From IMG/VR virus record IMGVR_UViG_3300035703_000058, positions 11,418-75,417 of that record: a stretch of 64,000 bases of DNA. One strand, written 5' to 3'. Source of the stretch: a virus. This document shows positions 18,262 through 27,326 of this stretch, in pieces. How positions within the stretch are numbered: the first letter of the stretch is position 1; every line of letters begins with the position of its first letter. Made by a program: the position numbers and the translations under genes. The notes beneath the pieces were generated by a model. It did not search any database, had not been told where the DNA came from, and saw only the letters and a program-made list of their open reading frames with translations.

Positions 18262-19769
18262 AGCCCCGCCGCGTCGTCACCCGGGCCCTGGAGACCCGCT
18301 CCTCTCCGCAGTCGCTCGAAGCCGAGCGCGCCGTGCTGGGCGGTTTGCTGTTGCTGGCGGGCGCCCCAACCGACCATGACCTCCTGCGTGAGCTGTGCGA
18401 GGGACTGCGCGCCGAGCACTTCTACAGCTCCGACCACGGACGCCTGTTCGCCCTCATCGCCGAACGCGCCAAGACCGCCGCGCCGCTCGACGTGCTGGGT
18501 CTCGCCGATCACATCATGACGACCGAGACCGCGGTGAACTTCGGTGGCCTCACCTATGCCACCTCGTTGCCCGAGCAGGTCCCCACCACCGAGAACCTGG
18601 ACTACTACGCGGGCATCGTGCGCGAGAAGGCCGCGCGCCGCGAAGTGCTCGATCTGGCCAACGAACTGCGCGCAGGCGCTGTCGATGGCACCGAGCTGGA
18701 AATTATCCTCAGCCGCGCCAAGGTCGGGCTCGACAGCCTGGACGGTGCCGGCGGCGAGCGGGTGCGCCGCGATACCCCGGTGCTCGACACGGTGTCGCGG
18801 TTCATGACCCGCATCGACGAAGAGCAGTCGCAGCTCATCCACGGGGACGCCCGCGTCGTCACCTACGGCTTTGAGGCCCTGGACAAGTTCGGCCCGCCGT
18901 TGCCCGGCGACCTCGTCATCATCGGCGGGCGGCCCGCGATGGGCAAGACCCAGCTCATGCTTCAGGCGCTGGTCCATATGGCCCAGCAGGGCAAGGAGAT
19001 GGGCCTGCCCGGCGTGGTCTACGTGTGCTCGCTGGAGATGGGCGAACACCAGCTCATGGCCCGCATCATCAGCTCGCTCTCAGGCGTGCCCTACAAGAGC
19101 ATCCTGAACCCACGGTTGCGGCTGACCGACGACCAATATCGCGCCGTCACCGAATGGGCCGATTGGCTCGCCACGCTGCCCATCGTGGTCAACGATCAAC
19201 CGGCCCGCACCATCGAGTCGGTGCGGGCGTCGGCCATCCGACTGCGCCGACGCCACGGCGGAATGCTCGCGATCGGCCTGGACTACCTCCAGCTCGCAGG
19301 CACCGACGAAGACACCGAGACTCGCGCCCGTGAGGTCGCCTTCATCGCGCAGGGCGCCAAGGAGATCGCCAAGACGGTCCACTGCCCGTTCCTGCTCGCC
19401 GCCCAACTCAACCGCGGCGTCGAGGCTCGCGCCGACAAGCGCCCGTTCCTCTCAGACATCGGCGAGGGTGGGGGCATCGAAGCCGCCGCCGATCAGGTCG
19501 TGTTCCTCTACCGCGACGACTACTACCACGCCGACAGCCCCAACCCCGGCAAGGCCGAAGTCCTGTGCGCCAAGATGCGCAACGGCGAGACCGGCAAGGG
19601 AATTCTGAACTTTGAGGATGGCGTTTTCAGCGACGTCATCGACTACACGGGAGAAGACTATGGACGTACACCTGACCCTGGACGCCAACGGCAACGCCCA
19701 CATCGGAGACGGCCTGCATCGCGTGGTCATCGACCGCCCCATCCTGGAGGCGCTGAAAACGATGATTGA
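18258..19769 (+). CDS. dnaB: replicative DNA helicase DnaB
   Basis: SLEAERAVLG, GGRPAMGKT, SLEM, DYLQL, AQLNR, IEAAADQVVFLYRDDYY. Confidence 0.95.
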   Translation: MKPRRVVTRALETRSSPQSLEAERAVLGGLLLLAGAPTDHDLLRELCEGLRAEHFYSSDHGRLFALIAERAKTAAPLDVLGLADHIMTTETAVNFGGLTYATSLPEQVPTTENLDYYAGIVREKAARREVLDLANELRAGAVDGTELEIILSRAKVGLDSLDGAGGERVRRDTPVLDTVSRFMTRIDEEQSQLIHGDARVVTYGFEALDKFGPPLPGDLVIIGGRPAMGKTQLMLQALVHMAQQGKEMGLPGVVYVCSLEMGEHQLMARIISSLSGVPYKSILNPRLRLTDDQYRAVTEWADWLATLPIVVNDQPARTIESVRASAIRLRRRHGGMLAIGLDYLQLAGTDEDTETRAREVAFIAQGAKEIAKTVHCPFLLAAQLNRGVEARADKRPFLSDIGEGGGIEAAADQVVFLYRDDYYHADSPNPGKAEVLCAKMRNGETGKGILNFEDGVFSDVIDYTGEDYGRTPDPGRQRQRPHRRRPASRGHRPPHPGGAENDD

Positions 19770-19866
19770 GCGCCACGCCGTCGGAGAGGTCGCCCGCGGC
19801 AGCGTCGAGGCCCGCCCGCTGATCTGCTACGCCGTCCCCGCGACGCCCGCATCGTGGCCGCAATGA
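19660..19866 (+). CDS. small protein (paralog A)
   Basis: GGGAG RBS; MDVHLTLDANGNAHIGDGLHRV; overlaps dnaB 3' end. Confidence 0.6.
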   Translation: MDVHLTLDANGNAHIGDGLHRVVIDRPILEALKTMIERHAVGEVARGSVEARPLICYAVPATPASWPQ

Positions 19867-19888
19867 CATTCACGTACGGAGGTGACTT

Positions 19889-20116
19889 TTGACCGCAGCA
19901 ATTACCCTGGACGCCAACGGCAACGCCATCATCAGCGATGGCCTCCACCGCATCGGCCTGGACGCTCCCGTCGTGGCCGCGCTCGCGGATCTGCTGTTGG
20001 AGCGCATAACCCAAACGGGCCGCCCTCCGTTCCGTGAAGTGCGCGCTGCCCAGGCCATTCTCGTGGTGCCGCTGGCGGCCGAGACGACGGCGCACGAGGC
20101 GGTGTCCAACCCGTGA
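19889..20116 (+). CDS. small protein (paralog B)
   Basis: GGAGG RBS; ITLDANGNAIISDGLHRI. Confidence 0.6.
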   Translation: MTAAITLDANGNAIISDGLHRIGLDAPVVAALADLLLERITQTGRPPFREVRAAQAILVVPLAAETTAHEAVSNP

Positions 20117-20126
20117 GGAGGCGTCC

Positions 20127-21119
20127 ATGAAGTCCACCCCCGAAGACCTTGTGTGTGCCGCCCACCGTCACGAGCAGTACGCCCAGCGCGCGCTCGGACT
20201 GGACGATGACGCGGTGCTCGGCCACGCGCCGATGCAGTTCCGCAACACCCGCACCCGCGCCGCCTACGTCGAGGGTCTGCGTTGTGCCCAGCGGTCGAAG
20301 CCCAGCGCGTCAGCAGCGGCGCACCTGGCGATGGCCGACGCGCTGTACTGGTGTCTCGCCAGGCGCTCGGTGGACATCTTGCGCCCGCGCCGTCGCAGCA
20401 TCGCCTACGACTCAGCCGACGCCACGCAGGAGGGTCTGCTGTGGTTGGTGAAGGCGGCGCAGCGCTTTCAGCCCGGCATGGGCGCCTGGAAGCGTTACGC
20501 GATCTCATGGCTCATGGCGGCAGGCGTTCGCGGTCGCGCGGGCGGCTTGTCGTTGCACGATCGCGAGACGCTGGCGCGCCTGCAGCGGCTGCTGGCACAC
20601 GGCGAGGCGGTCGGCCACCCACCCACCCGTCAGGAGCTGGCGCGCAGCATCGGGCGCCCCGTGGAGTTCGTGGACCGCCTCCTCAGCGCGGCGACACCCC
20701 TGGCGGTGGTCGACGAACACGAGCCGGACGCCACCGACGAAGACGAGAACGCCAGCCTCAACGTGGACCTCCTGTTGGCCCGCCTGACGCCGCGTGAGGC
20801 GTGGGCGCTCGCCCGTCGCTACGGCCTCTGGCACACCCGCGCGGTCTCGTGTCGCGTCATCGGCGCCGAGCTGGACATCGCCACAGAGCGCGCGACGGAG
20901 CTGATACGCGACGCCGCCCAGCACGTCGCCGCCGCGGTGGCACCGACCCCGTGGGCCTTCGACCGGCGCGGTCTGCGCTGGGCGCTGCTGGCCCACACGG
21001 GCGCCTCCATCGGGCAGATCGCGAGCCGGGAGGGCGTTCCGGTCGGTCAGGTGGCGACGGCGGTCCGGTTGTGCCGCGACGAAGCGGGACTGCTCGACGC
21101 GACCTCGTGTGCAGCATGA
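20127..21119 (+). CDS. sigma70-family-like factor, candidate late-gene sigma
   Basis: DATQEGLLWLVKAAQRFQPGMGAWKRYAISW (region 2), PTRQELA (region 3), LTPREAWALARRYGL (region 4); directly upstream of terminase. Confidence 0.82.
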   Translation: MKSTPEDLVCAAHRHEQYAQRALGLDDDAVLGHAPMQFRNTRTRAAYVEGLRCAQRSKPSASAAAHLAMADALYWCLARRSVDILRPRRRSIAYDSADATQEGLLWLVKAAQRFQPGMGAWKRYAISWLMAAGVRGRAGGLSLHDRETLARLQRLLAHGEAVGHPPTRQELARSIGRPVEFVDRLLSAATPLAVVDEHEPDATDEDENASLNVDLLLARLTPREAWALARRYGLWHTRAVSCRVIGAELDIATERATELIRDAAQHVAAAVAPTPWAFDRRGLRWALLAHTGASIGQIASREGVPVGQVATAVRLCRDEAGLLDATSCAA

Positions 21120-21955
21120 CTGAGGAAATTCTGCCCATTCCCTACCTGAGCCCCGGCGAGGCGGAGCTCTACCACGCCCTTGGCGACAAGGTGCGCGGCC
21201 GCGTCATCGCCGCGAGCCGCGCGGTCGCCGAAGGTATGTTGGGCTACAAGAAAGCCGGCCGCGTGTACGACGTCGCGGAGGTGATCGGGCTCGTCCAGGC
21301 CATCGTCCAGCCGATCCGCAACCGCGAGCAACCGCCCCCGTGGCAGTCCGCGGTGCTGGAGCCGACCAGTCCACAGCAGTTCGTCCCCGCGGCGAACCTG
21401 CTGCCCGCCGTGGACACCATCGTCGAGTTGGACGTGGGCGGCGCCAAGACCCTCTCGGAGTTCGTCGCCGACGGCCGCCTGACGGCGGCACAGGCCACGG
21501 CGGTGATGATGCTCGCGCTCGGCGAGCCGACCTATCAGGTGGCGGACAAGCTCCGCGTGCAGCGCACGGTGGTCTACGAATGGCGCCGCAAGCCCGCCTT
21601 CGTGGAAGCGTATGGGCTGGTCGTCCGCGAGCGCGCCGAAAGCCTCATGGCCAAGCTCGACGACGCGCAGACGCTGGCGCTGTCCACATTGGTCGAAGCC
21701 CTCCAGGCGACCACCATCGACCGCCTGGACAAAGAGGTGCCGGACTGGGATGCGCGCCTGAAGGCTGCAAAGGAACTGCTCGACCGCGGTGGCCGTGCCC
21801 TCAAGACCAACCGCATGGTGGTCGCCGCGTCCGTGATGAAGGACGACATGAGCCTGGAGGACCGCATCGCCAAGCTCATGGAGGAGGAGCGCGAGCTTGA
21901 AGAGGACCTGCGCCGCCTGTCCACGCCGCTGACGGTCATCGAGGGCGGACGGTGA
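21116..21955 (+). CDS. terminase small subunit-like HTH protein
   Basis: HTH (TYQVADKLRVQRTVVYEWRRKPAF), ARLKAAKELLDRGG; precedes the large subunit. Confidence 0.7.
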   Translation: MTEEILPIPYLSPGEAELYHALGDKVRGRVIAASRAVAEGMLGYKKAGRVYDVAEVIGLVQAIVQPIRNREQPPPWQSAVLEPTSPQQFVPAANLLPAVDTIVELDVGGAKTLSEFVADGRLTAAQATAVMMLALGEPTYQVADKLRVQRTVVYEWRRKPAFVEAYGLVVRERAESLMAKLDDAQTLALSTLVEALQATTIDRLDKEVPDWDARLKAAKELLDRGGRALKTNRMVVAASVMKDDMSLEDRIAKLMEEERELEEDLRRLSTPLTVIEGGR

Positions 21956-23589
21956 GAGCAGACGAAACCACCGCCGCGCTGCTGCGTCGCCACCGCGAGG
22001 TGGTGGAGCAGCGCGGTCGGCTGCAGTACCAGGCCGCCCGCCCCCACTGGGCTCGCAAGGTGCTGGAGGGCGGCCCCGGCAGCTACGCCGCCTTCGTCCG
22101 CTGGGCCTGGCACATCTTGGAGCCCGGCACGCTGCTCCGCTGGAACTGGCACATGGACGTGGTCTGCGACGCCATCCAGCGCCAGATCGAGGGCGACCCC
22201 ACCTACCGGCGCCTGCTGCTCGTGCTCCCTCCCGGCACCGGCAAGTCCATCACTCTGGCGGGGTGTCGCGACCCCTACATGTGGCTCGCCCAGCCCTACC
22301 GCCGGACAATCTATTTGAGCGCCAATGATGGCAATGCCACGCGGGACAGCCGCCGGGCTCGCAACATCATCCAGTCACCTGAGTATCAGGAGCTGATGCG
22401 GGCGGCGGCTGAAAAGCACGGCATGGAGCCGTGGAAGTTGGCACACGACCAGAACGAAACGACAAACTTTGAGAACAGCCAGCGAGGGTTCAGGCAATGC
22501 TTGGGTATGGGATCCGACGTCACAGGCAAGCGCGGCGACGACCTTGTGATCGACGACCCGATGGACGCCAAGGAAGCCCTTCTCGGCACACCCGAAACGA
22601 TCGAGCGAAGAATGAAGGAGGCGAGCGATATAATCGGCAGCGTGCTCACAAGTCGCGTTAACGACCAGGAAACCGCCTCTATCACGATCATGATGCAGCG
22701 GCTTTACCCAAGCGACCCTGCCGGAATGGCGATTGCCGCTGGTGGCTGGAAGGTCATCGTGCTGCCGATGGAGTATGACCCTGATCTGCCTGACGCCTGT
22801 GGTGGGCCGTGTGTGGAGGATCGGCGCCGCGTGAGGGGCGAGAGTCTCCACCCCGGCAAGTTTCCAGAGCATGTGATAGCCAGACTGAAACAACCTCCGA
22901 TCAACGGGCTCGGCCTCGTCCAGTTCGAGGGCCAGTACAACGCCAAGCCCAGCCAGAAGTCGTCCAAGCTCTACGACGCGGCGTGGTTCGCGAACACCTA
23001 CCACCAAGCCCCGGCGGTGATGCGGCGGGAGATGGACCGGGTGGCGCTGGTCTGCGACGCGAGCTTCAAGAAGACCGGCACCTCCAACGTCGCGCTCGAA
23101 GTGTGGGGCAAGCGGCAGGGCCGCCTTTACCTGCTGCACGAGGTCTGCCGCAAGATGGGCTATCGGGAGACACGCGCCGAGATCCGCCGTCTCGTTGGCG
23201 CCTGGAGCGTGGACGAGGTGGTGGTGGAGGACAAAGCCAACGGGTCGGCGCTTGTGGACGATCTCGGCAACAGCCACGAAGACGAACACGAGCCACCGCT
23301 CGGCGTGCCGGTGGTGCCCTTCAACCCCGGCACCACCTCGAAGGTCGAACGTGAGGAGCTGTACAGCGTGCCCGCCTTCGCCGCCGGCAACGTGCTGTTG
23401 CCGGAGCCCCAGCACGCGCCCTGGGTCGGCGACTACGTGGCCGAGCACCTTGGCGGCACCATGAACGACCGCCGCGACACGACCTCGATGGCGATCGCGT
23501 GGCTGCGTCGCGGCGAACGCGCCCGCGAATCCTCGGTGTTGGACCTGTTCGCCCACAGCCACAACGACGGCCTCATCGTGGGCTCCTGA
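21952..23589 (+). CDS. terL: terminase large subunit
   Basis: WNWH, PPGTGKS Walker A, VIDDP, MQRL, nuclease CDASFK...EDKANG...D. Confidence 0.93.
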   Translation: MRADETTAALLRRHREVVEQRGRLQYQAARPHWARKVLEGGPGSYAAFVRWAWHILEPGTLLRWNWHMDVVCDAIQRQIEGDPTYRRLLLVLPPGTGKSITLAGCRDPYMWLAQPYRRTIYLSANDGNATRDSRRARNIIQSPEYQELMRAAAEKHGMEPWKLAHDQNETTNFENSQRGFRQCLGMGSDVTGKRGDDLVIDDPMDAKEALLGTPETIERRMKEASDIIGSVLTSRVNDQETASITIMMQRLYPSDPAGMAIAAGGWKVIVLPMEYDPDLPDACGGPCVEDRRRVRGESLHPGKFPEHVIARLKQPPINGLGLVQFEGQYNAKPSQKSSKLYDAAWFANTYHQAPAVMRREMDRVALVCDASFKKTGTSNVALEVWGKRQGRLYLLHEVCRKMGYRETRAEIRRLVGAWSVDEVVVEDKANGSALVDDLGNSHEDEHEPPLGVPVVPFNPGTTSKVEREELYSVPAFAAGNVLLPEPQHAPWVGDYVAEHLGGTMNDRRDTTSMAIAWLRRGERARESSVLDLFAHSHNDGLIVGS

Positions 23590-23592
23590 CCC

Positions 23593-23602
23593 CGCGATAG
23601 CC
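23593..23602 (+). promoter_or_regulatory. putative late promoter motif CGCGATAGCC
   Basis: 8 nt upstream of portal ATG; motif recurs before other structural operons. Confidence 0.6.
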
Positions 23603-23610
23603 AGCAGGAC

Positions 23611-26088
23611 ATGGCCAGCTTCCGTCAGCACCTCGCCGCCGGTCTTCGGGCGGCCCTACAAGGCCCGCCCCCGGCCGCCACCCCGCCGCCCGCAGCGCGC
23701 GCCGACACGCTCGGCGCGATCAGCCCGACGTCGGCGGCGGCGCTGATCAACCCGATCAGCGGCATCGGCTCCGCGGACGACTCCGGCGCCGCCAGCCGCC
23801 CGAATCTCTCCCGCGAACGCCTGAGCATGGACGAGCTGGTGGCGCTGCTCCGGGGCAGCCTCTACCGGCGTATATGCGACGTGATCCCGTCTGATGCCAT
23901 GCGGCGCGGCCTCATCGTCACCGATGACACCCGCCGGTCCAATCCGCTGCAGGTTGAGCTGGAGCAGTTCGATGTGGCGGCGACGCTCCGACGGGCCGCC
24001 ACCTTGGGCCGCGCGCTCGGCACCGCCTGGATCTGGCCCGTAGTCGAGGATGGCGGCGCCCCGCTGTCGGAGCCGCTGGACATGCAGCGCGTCACCCGCC
24101 TCTACGCGCTGCACGTCCTGGATCCGCGCGACCTGACCGTGTGGACCTGGAGCCGCAACCTGCGCGAGCCCGGCGCGGGCCAGCCGTTGCTCTACACGTT
24201 GCAGCCTTGCCGCCCTGAGCTGTACGTGCCCCCCAACACGCTCATCCACCGCAGCCGCCTCATAGCCTTCTGGGGGGATGAACTACCCCCATCAGAGCAA
24301 CTCTACGGGAACGAGTCGCCGCTGGGCGACGCCATTGGTCAGACGATGTGGGATGGGCTACGCAACCTCACGCAGACCAGCGCGGCGGGCGCCCGGTTGG
24401 CTGAGGAGCTGTCCATCGCGGTGTTCTATCTGGCGAAGATGCCGGAGAAGGACGCCGCGGGCGGGCGCGACCTGCTGCGCACGGCCCTGAACAACATCAT
24501 GCGCTACAAGTCCATCGCCCACGGTCTTGTGCTCGGCACGGGCGACAAGGCCGAGCGGCTGGGCGCCAACGCTTCGGGCTTTGACACGCTCACCGAGGCG
24601 GGCTGGGAGGTCCTGCAGTCCCTCTCCGGGGTGCCGGCGGCGCGCCTGCGCGGCGTCGCCCCGAGCGGGCTGTCCACCGACGGCGCGAGCTGGCAGCAGA
24701 GCTACTACAGCGACGTGGACGCATGGGCTTCGGAGCGTTTGCAGCCCGCCGCCCGGCAGATCGTCCGCCTGCTGTACAGGCACCGCGGACAGGAGCCCGC
24801 CTCCTGGCACGTCGGCTTTGGCCCGTTCTACCACCTGTCGATGCAGGAGCAGGCGCAGCTACGCCTGCTCACCGCCCAACACGACCAGCTCGCCGAACAG
24901 GCCGGCTGGGTGACCGGCGAGCAGATCCGCCGCTCCCGCTACGGCGACGGCGGCTGGTCCTTCGAGATCCAGCCGGCCACCGACGGGGACGAGGCACGGC
25001 TCACCGGCGCCGTTGACCCGGAAGAGGCCGAAAAGACGCTTGCCGATCTGACGGGGGCGCCGCCGGACCCGCTGACCGCCGAGCAGGTCAAGCTGGTACA
25101 GGAGGTGCTGGGCAACGTCAGCGCCGGCAAGGTCACCACCGAGGTGGGTCGCCTGCTCCTGGAGGGCGTGGTTGGCGCCACGCGCGCCGCCGCCCTCATC
25201 GGCGCACAGGGCGCCGCCACCACAGTCGACGCCCCAGACCTCACCGCCCAACGCACCCTGGCCGCCTCGATGACCGCCCACGGGGTCGAACGCTGCGAGC
25301 ACGGCGCCGTGAACCGCTGCCGGATCTGCGGCATCGAGCGCGATCGGGCGCTCGTACTGGGCGCCGATGGCCAACCCACCCGCGACGCCGAGGGCCGCCC
25401 GGTGTGGGCGGTGCGCTGGCGGGCGCTGGGCGACCCCGATCCAACCCCGGACGCGACCACCACCGAGCCCCGACAGGACGCCGACTTCGGCGGCAAGGCC
25501 CTGCTGTCGCTCACGCTGGGCGAGACGGGGCGCGCCGCTTGGGCAGAGCTGGCGCGTCGGGCAACCGACATCACCGGCCCCCTGGAGGGCTACGAGGTCG
25601 GCGAGAACGGCATCGCCGAGCCCCCACACGTCACGGTGCTCTACCTTGGCGCCGTCGCCGACGAACACCTCGCGGAGATCGAACGCAGAGCGACCGCGGT
25701 CGTCGCCGACTTCGGCCCCATCGCGCTCCGGGCGAGCAGGATCGGCACGTTGCCCCCCGGGCCAGCCAGCGAGGGACGGGTGCCGGTGGTCGCCGAGATC
25801 CGAGCGTGGGAGCTGCCCGAGCTGAACGACCGCCTGCTGCGCGCGCTCGCGCCGTTCGTGACCGCGGATCAGTTCGCGCGCTTCCGGCCCCACGTCACGC
25901 TCGGCTTTGCCACCAACCCTACGCCCGAGCAGGTGGCCGCGCTGACGGAGATCCTGCCCGACACAGGGCCGACCGACATGATGTCGCTGGGCAGCGTCGC
26001 CGCGCTGGACCTCCACCACGGCAATCGGGTGGTGGCGCGGTTGCCCCTGCGCGGCACCCGGGCAGACGCCGATGCTGCTGAGCCCTGA
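23611..26088 (+). CDS. portal protein (DUF1073-type) fused to a C-terminal 2H phosphoesterase (Acb1-like)
   Basis: Portal motifs (RRICD...DAMR, IHRSRL, GVPAARLRGVAPSGL...G...YY); C-terminal PHVTVLY and PHVTLGF HxT pair. Confidence 0.88.
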   Translation: MASFRQHLAAGLRAALQGPPPAATPPPAARADTLGAISPTSAAALINPISGIGSADDSGAASRPNLSRERLSMDELVALLRGSLYRRICDVIPSDAMRRGLIVTDDTRRSNPLQVELEQFDVAATLRRAATLGRALGTAWIWPVVEDGGAPLSEPLDMQRVTRLYALHVLDPRDLTVWTWSRNLREPGAGQPLLYTLQPCRPELYVPPNTLIHRSRLIAFWGDELPPSEQLYGNESPLGDAIGQTMWDGLRNLTQTSAAGARLAEELSIAVFYLAKMPEKDAAGGRDLLRTALNNIMRYKSIAHGLVLGTGDKAERLGANASGFDTLTEAGWEVLQSLSGVPAARLRGVAPSGLSTDGASWQQSYYSDVDAWASERLQPAARQIVRLLYRHRGQEPASWHVGFGPFYHLSMQEQAQLRLLTAQHDQLAEQAGWVTGEQIRRSRYGDGGWSFEIQPATDGDEARLTGAVDPEEAEKTLADLTGAPPDPLTAEQVKLVQEVLGNVSAGKVTTEVGRLLLEGVVGATRAAALIGAQGAATTVDAPDLTAQRTLAASMTAHGVERCEHGAVNRCRICGIERDRALVLGADGQPTRDAEGRPVWAVRWRALGDPDPTPDATTTEPRQDADFGGKALLSLTLGETGRAAWAELARRATDITGPLEGYEVGENGIAEPPHVTVLYLGAVADEHLAEIERRATAVVADFGPIALRASRIGTLPPGPASEGRVPVVAEIRAWELPELNDRLLRALAPFVTADQFARFRPHVTLGFATNPTPEQVAALTEILPDTGPTDMMSLGSVAALDLHHGNRVVARLPLRGTRADADAAEP

Positions 26089-27034
26089 CCGCCGCGCCGA
26101 CGCGGTACAGCAGCGCCTGCACCTGGAGGCGGTTGACCGGTTGACGGCCAACTACTACGCCGACCTGGAGCGCCGCGAGCGCCGCCTGCACGAAGAGACG
26201 GTGCGGGCGCTGCGGGGCAGGCTGCGGGCGGACAGCACCGAAGACCCGATCGCAGCCGCGGACCGCGCCGCCCTGCTTGGCCTGCTCGGACGCATCGCCC
26301 GCGCCCGGAAGGGCGAGCACGCACCCGACCAGCGCGACCTGGACCGGCTGTTTGGCCGCGCCGATCAGGCCACCACCGCCCACACCCGCCGCACCGTCGC
26401 CGCCACCGTCCGCGGCCGTGGCGTCGCCGAGCTGTTGGCGGACGCGCCCGCCATCGACCCGAAAGCCATGCGGGCCAACTTCATCGCGTCCAACGTGGAC
26501 CTCATCCGGTCGATCGACACCCGCTACCTCGCCGACGTGGCGACCCTGGTGGACACCGCGGCCAACGAGGGGCGCGCCTGGTCCTGGTTGGCCCGGTCGC
26601 TGGAGGATCGATACGCGGTCAGCCGCAGCCGGGCGCAGCTCATCGCCCGCGACCAGCTCGGCAAGCTCACCGGCCAGCTCACGCAGGTCCGCCACCTGGA
26701 GCTGGGCCTCGACGCCTACCAGTGGATGACGAGCGGAGATGAGCGGGTGCGGCGCAGCCACGAACGCCTGGAGGGCCGCATCTTCCGGTGGGATGCCCCG
26801 CCCCCAGTCGGCCACCCCGGCGAAGACTTCCAATGCCGCTGCACGTCGCGCGCGGTGGTCTCCGCAGCCCACGCCGAACATCTCCGCGGGCTGGCCGAGC
26901 AGCGCGCCCGCGCACAGGCCCAGCGCATCGCGCAGTCCCCGATCGTGCTCGGCACCATCGTGGCCCGGCAGGGGCGGCGCCTCGACCCCGCACGGTTGGC
27001 CGAGTTCCGCGGCGAGTTCAGGCGGGCGGCTTGA
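26072..27034 (+). CDS. minor head/head morphogenesis protein (SPP1 gp7/Mu gpF-like)
   Basis: RAQLIARDQLGKL, YQWMTSGDERVRRSH, HPGEDFQCRC. Confidence 0.92.
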   Translation: MLLSPDRRADAVQQRLHLEAVDRLTANYYADLERRERRLHEETVRALRGRLRADSTEDPIAAADRAALLGLLGRIARARKGEHAPDQRDLDRLFGRADQATTAHTRRTVAATVRGRGVAELLADAPAIDPKAMRANFIASNVDLIRSIDTRYLADVATLVDTAANEGRAWSWLARSLEDRYAVSRSRAQLIARDQLGKLTGQLTQVRHLELGLDAYQWMTSGDERVRRSHERLEGRIFRWDAPPPVGHPGEDFQCRCTSRAVVSAAHAEHLRGLAEQRARAQAQRIAQSPIVLGTIVARQGRRLDPARLAEFRGEFRRAA

Positions 27035-27224
27035 CCCGCCGGCCCTGCAGGACCACCACGCCCAGCTTGATCGCGTAGCGCGCGACGGCGGTGTCGCTGT
27101 CGAGTGTGGCGAGCAGAGCCGGATCCTGCTCGGACAGCAGCCGCCGTAGCTGCTGCATCGTCTGGTTGTCGATGTAGATGCGCGCCGCCTGCTTCGAGCT
27201 GGCGGCTTCGTTGCTTCCGACCAT
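27018..27224 (-). CDS. small putative DNA-binding (RHH-like) protein, antisense within head cluster
   Basis: GGAGG RBS before ATG 27224; ARIYID...LRRLL...DTAVARYAIKLG. Confidence 0.55.
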   Translation of the reverse strand: MVGSNEAASSKQAARIYIDNQTMQQLRRLLSEQDPALLATLDSDTAVARYAIKLGVVVLQGRRVKPPA

Positions 27225-27251
27225 GTGGCCTCCGTGGGTCAACACTGGCCG

Positions 27252-27318
27252 GGCTATCCCGGTTCGTCACCGCCGCGACCCGCCCCAAAGCCGATCGGCA
27301 AAAGCCCGCGCGGTAGCC
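27252..27318. promoter_or_regulatory. divergent pair of late-motif variants
   Basis: CGGGATAGCC on minus (27261-27252); CGCGGTAGCC on plus (27309-27318), 8 nt before ATG 27327. Confidence 0.55.
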
Positions 27319-27326
27319 CCTCCGCG

